DNA from: Azolla caroliniana
Lineage: Eukaryota; Plantae; Polypodiophyta
NCBI GenBank assembly: GCA_043228905.1
Contig: JBHGNT010000001.1
Span: forward strand, 26,474,001 to 26,538,000
Reading direction: 5' to 3'
DNA length: 64,000 bases
The translations under genes and the position numbers were made by a program. Below, in pieces: positions 34,813 through 47,553 of the stretch. The stretch's first letter is position 1. Every line of letters begins with the position of its first letter. The notes under the pieces were generated by a model. That model searched no databases. It was not told the origin of the DNA and saw only the letters and a list, made by a program, of their open reading frames with translations.

Positions 34813-37800
34813 ACGATCAGCCCTGATATGCTTTCTCACGGAGTATCATGATGTATTCACATGGTCTTACACTGATATGAAGGGATTGGATCCCCAATTT
34901 TACCAACACCAAGTACACCTCCAGCCGGACACTCGACCGATCCAACAACGACAGTACCGTATGAACCCCAACTACGCGGCTAAGGTCAAAGAGGAAATCG
35001 ACAAACTCCTACGTGTAGGCTTTATACTCCCAGTAAAAAGAGCCACATGGTTAACCCCAATCATCTTCGTCCCCAAGAAAAACGGGAAAATCCGCGTTTG
35101 CGTTGATTACCGCAAACTCAATGCCGCGACGACAGTCACGGATGGGTTTCCTCTTCCGTTCATGGATAGTGTCCTCGACACAGTGGCTGATCATGAATGT
35201 TACAGTTTCCTCGATGGGTTCAGTGGCTATAATCAAATCAGAATGCACCCGGACGATCAGGAGAAAACGATGTTTGTCACGGAATGGGGTGTCTTCGTGG
35301 CCATGGTAATGATGTTCGGATTAAAAACGGCCCGGCCACATTCCAACGCATCATCACCGAGATTTTCAACGAGTATATCTCGACGTTCATGTAAGTGTTC
35401 CTCGATGACTCTGCCGTGTATGGCCAATGGCTGGAGCATATGACCCAGCTACGCCTCTGTCTCGAGCGATGTCGACAAGCTCGATTGAGCTTATATCCGG
35501 CAAAATGCGTGTTCTTAGTGACAAGCGGCAACCTGCTCGGGCACATAGTCAGCCAGGAAAGTATCGCCATGGACCCGGATAAAGTGCATGCCATTCTGAA
35601 TGCTCCCGCGCCCTCTACCGCGAAGGCTCTCTGCTGATTCCTAGGCCAGAGCAGATGGCATAGCCGGATGTTACGAAACTTGGCCGATTTCGCGACTCCA
35701 TTACACGCGGCTGTGCATCGACTTCCATTTCAGTGGTCTTCAATAGAAGACGAGTCTTACCAGGCCTTGAAGTTAATGCTCTCCCACGCCCCTGTTGTAC
35801 AGCCACCAGCCTGGGCGGAACATTTTCACATCTTCGTAGACGCATCAAATATAGCCATAGGCAGTGCACTCATGCAACACACACCACCAAATTGGTACCG
35901 GCCGGTGTATTACGCTAGCCGACGACTCTCGGCCGCGTAGAAGAAGTACTCAACAACAGAACGCGAGGCCCTCGGTATGGTCTACAACATCAACAAGTTC
36001 TGACATTACCTCTTGGGCTGGAAGTTCACATTCCACGTCGATAACTTGGCTCTCTACTTGGTTGATAAACAAGCTCTCACGGGTCGCCCAACCCGATGGA
36101 TGCTCATGCTACAAGAGTTTGATTTTCAAATCCAGCACCGGCCCGGAGTCCAACACGTCGTAGCTCACTACTTGAGCCGTCTCGAGTCAGGAGAACCAGC
36201 CGAGTCCACGTACGATGATCTACTTGACGTTGCCCTTTTTAGTCTCACAATGGTGCCAGACGAACATGAAGACGAATGGATCACGAAGATGACCCATTTT
36301 CTTAGCACCGGCCTTCCTCCCGACCACTTGACCCTCGACGCTTGGAAACTACTAGCGGTTAGGAGCCGAAACTTTTGTTTGGTCTCTGACACCCTCTACC
36401 ACAAAGGCTCGGACGACATCTGGCGCCATGGAATCCGTCAATTCGAGAAACACACAATCCTCCAGGAGGCACATCACGGAATCTCAGGGGGACATTACGC
36501 TGGAGAGGCCACGACAAGAAAAATATGGCAGAGTGGCTTATGGTGGCCCACAACAAAAAAAGATGTTCATGAATTCTGTCGACAGTGCGACCTGTGTCAA
36601 CGCATGGGACAACCGACTGAGCAAGCTCGGATGCCGCACCAACCCATCCTTCCGTTAGAGCCATTTCAAAAGTGGGCGTTGGATTTTGTGGGGCCTTTCA
36701 AACCAGCCGCGGCCGGCACCAGTAACAAATACATAATAGTGGCCACAGACTATTGCACAAAATGGGTCGAGGCTAAGGCACTGTGGAACAACACAGCTGC
36801 ATCGACGACAAAATTCGTATATGAACATCTATGGTGCCGTTATGGATGCCAAATCGAGCTCATTAGTGACCAAGGCGGGCATTTTATAAACCACATAATT
36901 TGCGAGCTCACTACACACTACGCGGTCATACATAAGAAAAGCACACCGTACTATCCTTAGGCAAACGGATTGGCGGAGTCTACTAATAAAATTTTGCAAA
37001 CAATCCTGAAAAAAATCGTCAATGAGAACCGTATCGATTGAGATGCCAAGCTCCAGAGTGCATTATGGGCATATCACACCACATTTAAAACTAGCATTCA
37101 ATCTATACCCTTTCGGATGGCCTTTGGTTTGGAAGCAGTCATGCCGATCGAGTTCTAGGTTCCGAGTCTTCGAGTTCAGGTTAAGGAAAAGCTACCTGAG
37201 GCCCAATCAGAGTAATATCGGCTCGAACAACTCCTCGAACTCGGCGAACATCGAGTGACCAGCATGGCTCAACTAGAACAACGCCAACGACAACGCAAAG
37301 CCTTCGTCGATCGTCACCGGAAAGGTATGGAGAAAACACTGACCATCGGCGAAGCGATACTAGTCTTCCAAACTCGACTCGGTGCTATGCCGGGGAAATT
37401 ACGATTACGGTGGGCAGGCCCCTTCTGGATAATTGATGAGTTTATCGACACATTCCAACTCGGCACACTTGCCGGAGACATCGTCAAAAGCTGGGTAAAT
37501 GGATTCCGACTTCGACCTTACCACGGGAATACCCCAGATAATCCCTTCGCCAAGTCCCACGGCACAGACCAGTGCACAGATGATGTCACGAAGGAGGCCA
37601 CGTGTCCCCATCTGTAAATTAATGACCTACCCACCAAATGTATATAGTAGGAATGGTTTTTAGTAGTTAAATTAGCCTTACCTAAAACTACCTAACTAAT
37701 CACCCCAAATCACGACATTTTCTTAGGCGCACCAACTAGTCACCTTCACTTTAAAATAGAATATTTAAGGAGCATGCACACCAGACATAGCACTCCTGGG

Positions 37801-38127
37801 ACGCGTGGCCATAATACCTTATTATGGCAGCCACAACCAAGAATCTAAAGGATCTTCTCCCTGCACAAAACCCTAGGCAGAACAACGGTGTTCTTGCCTA
37901 CCCCACACAATGCGCTCACTCACACAACAATGTTCTTGCATTCACCATCTTCAAGCTCCCAAGCTCTCTCTCGTTCTAATCGCTCCTACAAACAGGCCTC
38001 CTCTCGCCCTCGTAGTCCCTGCATAGAACAACGGTGTCCTCCCGAACCATCTTCTTCCATCTCTTTGTCTCATCCTCGTCTCCTCGCTTCCCCTCACGCC
38101 CCTTGTCAGCAAACCTTCGAGTCCACC

Positions 38128-41100
38128 ATGCCTCTCGCAGCATTGCAGGAAACCCGTTCTTGGCTACAACAACGAGGACTAGGCAGGTACTTACGGGTCG
38201 TCGACGCCCCAACAATAGCACGCAGAATCCACCCTGACACCGTAACCAACAACATGATTCGCGTTGCTCTGGACCTTGCGTGAGGTGGGGACCATGAGGT
38301 TGAAATCCCTCCCCACGCGACCCTCAAGGAATATTTTGGGATGTATTTGATGTCGGGAAAAGCTTACCGCATGTACGGAGGGCCAAACAAGGCTTTTGGG
38401 GAGATCACCCGGATTTTGATGGAATATGCATTTGTGCATAGAAATCCCACGAGTATGCCATAGAATAAAGCTGCCATCATCATCAGAGCGTACGAAGGCA
38501 ACAAAATCGATTGGGGAATCATCACCGGTGAAGGAGTCCATGCGGCGCTCGAATCTTTTCAAACTGGTAAGCGATTGTTGCCTGTGATTAATCATTTCCT
38601 CACAGTCCTCTACCCACCTCCTTAGGTTTCCCTTCGTCACATCTTGACCTCCCCACCACCGCCACGGAAACAACGGGAGAAGATTTTGGCGTTAACCCAG
38701 GAAGAATGGGATGACCCTTCGCCTTCTCCACCTCCCTCGACCGTTCGGAACCCTACTCCCGCCTCGGCACCACCCCCACCAAAAACACAGAAGCAACGGG
38801 CGTTAACAGCAACTCGTGTTGAATGGGACGAGGCCGAGGAGCCCATGACTGAGGATGTCACCATACGACAGAAGCCACCAAGGACATCGATGCCCTCTCC
38901 ACAACCGAGCCCACGCTCCACGAACCAGTAGCCCTCGGGTATACGGCAACAAAAGAGGAAACAAGCCGAGGAGCCAACACCACCGGCCCCAGACTCACAA
39001 GATCAGCCGCAAAAGAGATGCCACATCAATCGAGAGTCAACCACAGAAACCGAGGGCACATAGCATCAGAAATCCAAAGAGGCCAGCACGACCTCCACGG
39101 CCATGGTACCAGTGGAGTCATGGCTCCAAGTCGGTAGGATCGAGCATGGACAAACCACGCAGATATCAGAGGAGGAAGTCCTAGGTTACAAAATCTTCCC
39201 GCGGAGGCATACGAGTTTAGTGCACTACTTCGGCTAGGCACAACATATGAGTTAATGGATTTCCTCACGCGCGCCCAAGTAGCTGCCGTTGCTCGTATGG
39301 CCGAGGAGCATGCGGAAACAAAGATGATCCAACATGCTCTAATGGGAGAAATCGAACCTCATGAGGATCGAGCCTTACAAAAGATAGGGCGGAAGAAGCA
39401 AGCACAAAATACTTCCCTCCTCATGGAGTTACCAGATCTGAACATGGCCGTAGTTGAGGCATATCGCAATTTGCACCACACAACTTGGGTAGCCAAGGAC
39501 ATGGCCTAGCATGTCAAAACGACACAGCAACAAGCCAAACAGGCCATCGAGCTATGGAAAGCCACCGAGCATAAACTGGGGTCATTAGAGCAGCAACATC
39601 AAGAACAACCGCTCTTAAGCCTCACTGCCCCGAGAAATGATGTCCCACTAGCCCCTCTTCCGAACCCGAGCCTGAGTACTACTGTTACCGAAGCACACAA
39701 CGACGACACAACTCAGCCCAGGGTAGCCACGATCGATGCAAGCACAATGACGGAGTCGGTACAGATAAGCGAGCCATCATCATGGGCTAAGCGAAGCCCT
39801 CAACCCCAAAACAGCCACGCTTCCACTCAAACGTCACCACCACTTGTTGTCATGGAAAGATCTACACAGACGGACAGGGAACCCACTCCCCGGAACCAGC
39901 AAGCTACAACCCAGATAGGGCCTCCCCTCTGTGACTACCAAAAGGAGCTTAAGGCCCAGATCGCTCTGGCCGAGTTAGCAGAACAAAACCACAACCACAT
40001 GATTGGCCAACTACGGGAACAAGTCGCGGGCCGTGAAGCTGACCTCAAGCGACTGCTTGCTGAAAGTTCGACCGCACTCAAAGAACAAGAAAGAGAGGTG
40101 ATGTCCCTTCAGGTCTCTATCACCGAGGCCAAAGAACGATTCCTCAAAGAAGCAGAGTGGAATAGCCAACGGGAACGCGAGCTATTCGCAGACAACCAAG
40201 AATTATGCCGTCAACAAAGGGCATTACAAGAATTGGCAAACGAGCACATGCAAAAGTGGAGGATCTCTGAAGAGCAAAGGGCAAAAATTGCCGATGCGTA
40301 TCACTAGTTGCAAACCGAGCACATCGCTGCCGGAGAACGACATCGGGATGCTTGGAGACAGGACATGGACGAAACTGTAGCTCAGCTCACCAAATGTTAC
40401 AAGCAGATAATCATGCTCACAACCGAAAAAGCAAAGGATAACCAAGCTACTTTAGCGCTCGTCCACAAAAGCCAAGAAGACGCCAAGGCCGCAAGGGAGG
40501 AAGTGGAAGTTCACCGAGCTAGCATCGGCATGGACGATACTAAAATAAAGATCTTGATCAACAAGTATCGCCAACAATTCACCAAGAAGATCGAGGAAAC
40601 GCTCGACCGTGTCTGGCAGGAATGGTCGGCCCAAGCCGCTGAACTACACATACTATGCGCGGACGCCGAGAACTGAAGGAAGGAGGGTCGAGGGTTTTAC
40701 AAGATGGATGACACCAGCATCCAGACCCTTCGTGAAGACTTGACTGAGGAATATCATACCTTAGTAGCATCCCACACCGCGGCCATTGAGCAACTTCTCG
40801 AGGAATTCAACGACGATCTAATGGTGTTCCATTTAGAAGCCGAAGCTTACGAAGAGGAACGCCTAGCTACCGAGACTAATAGAACTGCCACGACTAACGA
40901 GCAAGAACCTGAGCCCACCCCCACGGAAGCCAGACAGGAGGAACCTGTCCCTACAGATCCCCACATCCCAACTGAGCCACAAACTACAACCACGACCTTG
41001 CCTGAATCGGAACCAACAGAGGGCGGCGCACGCGACGACATAGCCACCCCCGACTCGGTAGTAAAACCTCCATCACCAACCCCACCTTCCGAGCAGCCAT

Positions 41101-41150
41101 ACCGACCCCACGCCCCAGAGGATATCCTCGGCATATTAGAAGAGGATTAA
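38128..41150 (+). pseudogene. Extra 3' ORF of Gypsy B (~1000 codons, disrupted): conserved N-terminal domain, Pro-rich linker, long coiled coil, acidic tail
   Basis: Chain of same-strand ORF pieces between pol and the 3' LTR; homologous to the split ORF of element A. Confidence 0.75.
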
Positions 41151-41286
41151 AACAAACCCATAAGCCCTTGTATAAACGGGAAAATTTTGTAAAGAATTTT
41201 TCTTTTGTTGCAAAATTCGTGGTTATCTCTCCACTTTGTGATTCGTGGGTTCGATGGACAAAGTTCTGTCCCACGGGCATGCCAGG

Positions 41287-41781
41287 TGTTGTCCATAGGC
41301 CAGAAATATAAATACATTATGTAAACTTGCCGGTAGGTAGAATAGTAGGTGAGGAAATAGGTAGAACTAGAAATAGTGGAGTTTTTAGCCCTCACAATCA
41401 GTCGATGGCTCGGCTCTGTCTGAAGAGGAAAACTATATAACCCGAGATATGCATACCTCAAAGGAGGGGGATGTAGATTATTTAGGAAGATTACTATCGT
41501 AGCACCGAGCTTTGCACAACCTGTTTCCGACTGAGCGTTGTGTACTGTAATCGTTGTGAGCTTTTCATTTAATATAAATCTCGCTCTTACTGTTCCTTCA
41601 TCGGTGTATTCTCCCCGGTACTCGCAACCGAGCTACGTCTATGCCTAAGGGGTTGTAGCCCGTGCATGCTCCTCGTTCTCATATCATATTCTCAGTGTAA
41701 AAGAGGCTTCCACGTAACACGATCCCTTGATACCAATAGCCTGTAGACTCATCGAAGGTGTTTCCCGAGAAACGGTTAACA
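41287..41781 (+). repeat. 3' LTR of Gypsy B
   Basis: Direct repeat of 30464-30958. Confidence 0.9.
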
Positions 41782-41786
41782 GCGGA

Positions 41787-42580
41787 AGCCCAAAGCCTAA
41801 ACATCGTAGGCTAGATCAGAAAGATGGGCGCAGACTGGTAAAAGATACAGTTGCACGAGTCGAAACTTTCGCCCACACGGAGCCCGCAACCACATTCGAG
41901 TTAATCCATGAGCAATTGCCAATCATTACGGCTCAGTCTCAATGTGGCAGGCCCACACGGAGTTCTCACAGCAGAAAGGGAAGTCCTGAAATATGCGGAC
42001 ATTCTGGATACGGCCCATGAGTTCGACGCACTATTGCAGTTTGGAACGATATGAACTCATGGAATTCTTGGTGACACAACAGATCAGGATGTCCCAGAGA
42101 ATGGATGAGGAGCACGTTGAACATCAAATGATTGAGCATGCGCTGACAAGTACGGCGGAAAGCGAAGATCAGGGCAGGGGCCCCTTGCCAAGGTGGGTAG
42201 AGAGCGTAACGCGGGAATTTGCCGTATGCGCATCAAATTACCTCCATTAAATGCGGACCTGGTCGAGATGCATGGAGAATTGCCAGGAGTCAGTGTGGGC
42301 GCCAAGGATATGGCTATTAAAAATAAAGATGTCTGGAAGAAAGTGAAGCTGACTCAAGAGCGCATTGCGCAATTAGAAAGAAACATGACTACGATGCAAC
42401 ATATCGGCGGACCAAACCCCTGATGCTAAGGAGTTGAACAATTTACGGGAGGAGATTGAAGCTCAAACCGCCATAGCCGCAAAAGCGAAAAGGGTTCCAC
42501 AGTTAGCCGAGATCAAGATTGACTGACTCCGCACAGAACTCCGCTAGTCATAAGACATAGAAGCGGATATAGGGCCAAAC
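41787..42580 (+). pseudogene. Third piece of the extra ORF of element A, truncated
   Basis: YELMEFL..RMDEEHVEHQMIEHAL matches YELMDFL..RMAEEHAETKMIQHAL at ~39250 in element B. Confidence 0.72.
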
Positions 42581-43204
42581 AAAGATCACAATCAGTTATG
42601 TACAATCCTCTGCTCCACCAATTGAGGTAAGGTTAGATGATTGATCTAATTACATTTAATCATATAAAATTAATTTATATACATGTATATTGCGTATCAT
42701 CAAAACAACAATGCATTGCAATTGTATGCATGTTGGATATCTAACCTCTCGGATTTGAACTAATGAGCCCTGCACCACAATAGGTCAAACACAATCTTCC
42801 AATCTGTTAATGGAGCTAAAAGGTATATTGCATGGACTCCCCAAAAGAATAATGGATTACCATGGATTGAATGCTTGAAATTTGACCTCTCAAATTCTAC
42901 CTAACGACCCAAGGATCATACTAGTATGACACCTACAAATTTTCGCGTTAGCAACTAACCTAAGGTTGGATAGTTTATTTACAAAATTACATTTGAGAAT
43001 ATAAAAAGTTTATATAGATGCATAGTGTGTTTCCTCAAAAGTATAAAGGCTTATCATCGTTAGAAAGCTTTAGATCTTACCTCTCGTATTCAAACTAACG
43101 ATAAAAGCAACATAAATAGCAACCATTACTCTTAAGATTCTACAATTTATTTTTATTTATGCACAACGCAGATTAGTATACTACAATCGTAGGAAAGCTT
43201 GAGA

Positions 43205-43290
43205 TCCGACCTGTCGGATTCGAACCAACGACCTAAGGATCACAATGGGCCAATTACAGTCCTCCGCTCTACCAACTGAGCTAAGGTCAG
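43205..43290 (-). tRNA. tRNA-Tyr: tRNA-Tyr(GUA) with 13-nt intron, near intact (U2:G71 wobble, A37)
   Basis: Full cloverleaf, A and B boxes intact, anticodon GTA. Confidence 0.75.
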
Positions 43291-43949
43291 ATAGTCGATT
43301 TACAATATTATTTATCAATAACAGGACTATTAAAGTTGTAATATTTATGTTTGCTGATGCATATTCTAAATTACTTTCTACTTCTCAAAATGATAGTGGA
43401 TTATCATAATATTAAAGCTTAACATCCATTTTGTCAGAACCAAACCAACAACCTAAGGATCACAATAAGTTATGTACAGTCCTCCGCTCCACTAATTGAG
43501 GTAAGGCTAGAGGACTGATCTAATTACATTGAATCATATAAAATTAATTTATATACATGTATATTGTGCATCCTCAACAACAAGAATGCATTGGCACGGT
43601 ATGAATGTTTGATATCTAACCTCTCGTATTTGAACTAATGAGCCCAACACCACAATAGGTCAACAACAATCCTCCGCTCTAATAACTAAAGTAAGACACA
43701 TATTGTATGGACTCGGCAAAAAAATAATGCAATACCATGGATTGAACGCTTGTGATTTGACCTCTCGACAACTGACCTAAGGTTGGATAGTTTATTAACA
43801 AAATTACATTTGACAATCTAATAAGTTTATATAGATGTATATAGATCTTACCTCTCGTATTTGAACTAACGATAGAAGCAAGATAAATAGCAACCATTAC
43901 ATTTAAGATTCTAATATTCATTTTTATTTATGCACAACATGGATTAGTA

Positions 43950-44032
43950 GACCTGTCGTATTCGAACCAATGACCTAAGCATCACATTAGGCCAACTACA
44001 ATCCTCCGCTTTACCAACTGAGCTAGGGTCAG
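43950..44032 (-). pseudogene. Degenerate tRNA-Tyr
   Basis: Multiple stem mismatches; 3' end lost. Confidence 0.75.
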
Positions 44033-44816
44033 ATAGTTGACAAAATTACTTTATCAATAACACACCTATTAAAGTTCGAATATTTATGTTTATTGCTGCA
44101 TATTCTAAATTACTTATTGGTTCTCAAAAATGGTAGTGGATTACCATAATATTAAAGCTTAACATCCATTCTGTCACATTCGAACTAACGACCTAAGGAT
44201 CACAATAAGTTATGTACAGTCCTCCGCTCCATCAATTGAGGTAAGGCTAGTTGATTGATCTAATTACATTTAATCATATCAATTTAATTTATATAAATGT
44301 ATATTGTGTATCCTCAAAACAAGAAGGCATTGCAATTGTATGAATTTGATATCAAATCTCTCAGATTTGACCTAATGAGCCCAGCACCACAATAGGTCAA
44401 CTACAGTCCTCCAACTTATTAACGGAGCTAAAATGTAGATTGTATGGACTCCACAAAATAATAATGGATTAACATGGATTGAATGCTTGAGATTTGATCT
44501 CTCCAATTCTACCTAATGATGCAACGATCATACTAGTATGACACTTACAAAATTTCGCTCTCGCAACTGACCTAAGGTTGGATAGTTTATTTACAAAATT
44601 ACATTTGACAATCTAGAAAGTTTATATAGATGCATATTGTGTTTCCTCAAAAGTATAATGGATTACCATTGTAAGAAAGCTTTAGATCTTACTTCTCGTA
44701 TTTGACCTAACGATACAAGCAACATAAATAGCAACCATTACATTTAAGATTCTAATATTTATATTTATTTATGCACAACATGGATTACTAGACTACAATC
44801 GTAAGAAAGCTTGAGA

Positions 44817-44902
44817 TCCAACCTAACGGATTTGAACCAACAACCTAAGGATGGCAATGGGCCAACCATAGTCCTCTGCTCTACCAACTAAGCTATGGTC
44901 GG
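44817..44902 (-). pseudogene. Degenerate tRNA-Tyr
   Basis: Anticodon and stems mutated. Confidence 0.75.
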
Positions 44903-45651
44903 GTACTTGATGTACAATAATACTTTATCAATAACATGACTATTAAAGTTCTAATATTTATGTTTGTTGATACATATTCTAAATTTCTTTTTGGTTCTCC
45001 AAATGATACTGGATAACCATAATATTAATGCTTAACATCCAATTTGTCAAATTCGAACCAAGGACTTAAGAATCACAATAAGTTATGTACAGTCCTCCAC
45101 TCCACTAATTGAGGAAGGTTAGATGATTGATCTAATTACATTTAATCATATAAAATTAATTTATATACATGTATATTGTGTATCCTCAAAATAAGAATGC
45201 ATTGCAACGGTATGCATGTTTGATATATAAGCTCTCGGATATGAACTAATGAGCCTAGCTAGCACCACTATAGGTCAACTACAATCCTCCAATGTATTAA
45301 TGGAAGTAAGAGGCATATTGTATGGACTTCGCAAAAGAATAATGCATTACCATGGATTTAAGGCTTGCGATTTGATCTCTCCAATTCTACCGAACGACGC
45401 AAGGATTATACTAGGATGACACCAACAAATTTTCACTTTAACAACTGACCTAAGGTTGGATAGTTTATTTACAAAAATACATTAGACAATCTAAAGGCTT
45501 ATCATCGTCAGAAAGCTTTAGATCTTACCTCTCGTATTGAAAGTAACGATAAAAGCAACATAAATAGTAACCATTACTTTTAAGATTCTAGAATTTATTT
45601 ATATTTATGCACAACGTGGATTAGTAGATACAATCATAGGAAAAGTTGAGA

Positions 45652-45737
45652 TCTGACCCGTCAGATTCGAACCAATAACCTAAGGATCATAGTGGGCCAA
45701 CTACAGTCGTTCGCTCTACTAACTGAGCTACAGTCGT
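45652..45737 (-). pseudogene. Degenerate tRNA-Tyr
   Basis: Anticodon retained, stems disrupted. Confidence 0.75.
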
Positions 45738-46594
45738 ATAGTTGATCTAGTAATACTTTATCAATAGCACAAGATGAAATTTCTAATATTTATGTTTGTT
45801 GATGCATATTCTAAATTTCTTTTTAGTTCTCAAAAGGATAGTGGATTATCGTAATATTAAAGCTTAACGTCCATTTTGTCAAATTTGAACCAACGACCTA
45901 AGGACCACCATAAGTTATGTACAATCCTCCACGGATAGTGGATTATCGTAATATTAAAGCTTAACGTCCATTTTGTCAAATTTGAACCAACGACCTCAGG
46001 ATCACAATAAGTTATGTACAGTCCTCCGCTCCACCAATTGAGGTAAGGCTAGATGATTGATCTAATTACATTTAATCATATAAAATTAATTTATAAATAT
46101 GTGTATTGTGTATCCTCAAAACAACAATGCATTGCAATCGTATGAATGTTGGATATCCAACGTCTCGGATTTGAACTAATGAACCCAATACCACAATAGG
46201 TCAAGTACAGTCTTCCAATCTATTAACTTAGCTAAAAGGTATATTGTCTGGACTCCCCAAAAGAATAATCGATTACCATAGATTGAATGCTCAAGATTTG
46301 ACCTTTCGAATTCTACCTAACGACCGAAGGATCATACTAGTATGACACCTACAAATATTCGCTTTAGCAACTCACCTAAGGTTGGATAATTTATTTACAA
46401 AATTACATATGAGAATATAAAAAGGTTATATAGATGCATACTGTGTTTCCTCAAAAGTATAAAGGGTTACCTCTCGTATTCAAACTAACGATAAAAGCAA
46501 CATAAATAGCAACCATAATTCTTAAGATTCTAAAATTTATTTATATTTATGCACAACATGGATTAGTATACTACAAACGCAGGAGCACTTGAGA

Positions 46595-46680
46595 TCCGAC
46601 CTGTCGGATTCGAACCAACGACCTAAGGATCACAGTAGCCCAACTACAGTCCTCCGCTCTACCAACTGAGCTAAGGTCGG
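46595..46680 (-). tRNA. tRNA-Tyr: tRNA-Tyr(GUA), intact type A, 13-nt intron
   Basis: CCGACCTTAGCTCAGTTGGTAGAGCGGAGGACTGTAG-intron-ATCCTTAGGTCGTTGGTTCGAATCCGACAGGTCGGA. Confidence 0.93.
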
Positions 46681-47467
46681 ATACTTGATCTAATATTACT
46701 TTATCAATAACAACGACTATTAAAGTTGTAATATTTATGTTTGCTGATGCATATTCTATATTACTTTCTGGTTCTGAAAATGATAATGGATTACCATAAT
46801 ATTAAAGCTTAACATCCATTTTGTCAGATTCGAACCAATGACCTAGGGATCACAACAACTTATGTACAGTCCTCCGCTCCACTAATTAAGGTAAGGCTAG
46901 ATGACTGTTCTAATTACATTTAATCATATAAAATTAATTTATATACATGTATATTGTGCATCCACAGAACAAAAATGCATTGGCATGGTATGAATGTCTG
47001 ATATCTAACCTCTCGTATTTGAACTAATGAGCCTAATACCACAATAGGTCAACAACAGTCCTCCAATCTGTCAACGGAAGTAAGACGCATATTGTATGGA
47101 TTCCGCAAAAGAATAATGCATTACCATGGATTGAATGCTTGCGATTTGATGTTTCCAATTCTACCTAACGACCCAAGAATAATACTAGTATGGCACCTAC
47201 AAATTTTCGCTTTAATAATTGACCTAAGGTTGGATAGATTATTTACAAAATTACATTTATCAGTGAAAAATTTATATAGATGCATATCGTGTTTGATCAA
47301 AAGTATAATGGCTTATCCCTGTAAGAAAACTTTAGATCTTATATCTCGTATTTGAATTCACGATAAAAACAACATAAATAGCAGCCATTACTTTTAAGAT
47401 TCTAAAATTTGTTTCTATTTATGGACAACGTGGATTAGTAGACTACAACTACTAGGAAAGCTTGAGA

Positions 47468-47553
47468 TCCGACCTGTCGGATTCGAACGAACGACCTAAG
47501 GATCACAGTGGGCCAACTACAGTCCTCCTCTCTACCAACTGAGCTAAGGGCGG
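47468..47553 (-). pseudogene. tRNA-Tyr type B variant with an extra D-stem change
   Basis: C4:U69 and C52:C62 mismatches plus C25 changed. Confidence 0.7.

Larger units (their letters stand above)
31290..37617 (+). pseudogene. gag-pol: Degenerate gag-pol of Gypsy B
   Basis: Capsid-like QEPHEPVAQFTIRF, zinc-knuckle remnants, IIDDGSGVN protease, RVCVDYRKLN, FLDD, VDASNIAIG, WALDFVGP, ISDQG, WAGPFW; start coordinate approximate. Confidence 0.9.
30464..41781 (+). mobile_element. Gypsy B: full-length, decayed Athila-like element with 495-bp LTRs and a large extra 3' ORF
   Basis: LTRs 30464-30958 and 41287-41781 (TGTT..AACA), imperfect TSD ATGGA/GCGGA, PBS TGGCACGCTCGGT, gag-PR-RT-RH-INT without a second RNase H. 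Confidence 0.9.
1..42580 (+). mobile_element. Gypsy A: non-chromovirus, Athila-like LTR retrotransposon, outermost host of the nest. Own sequence 1-3405, 29863-30463 and 41782-~42580; 5' end outside the window, 3' end truncated against the tRNA array
   Basis: RT-RH-INT order in 1-2990. Its 3' extra ORF reads through both insertions once they are removed (YIRVVE|APSHP at 3405/29863) and is homologous to the extra ORF of element B. Confidence 0.8.

Noticed and set aside
38128-41150. Calling the extra ORF a true envelope gene
   Set aside because: No signal peptide or transmembrane segment is evident; left as an uncharacterised ORF.
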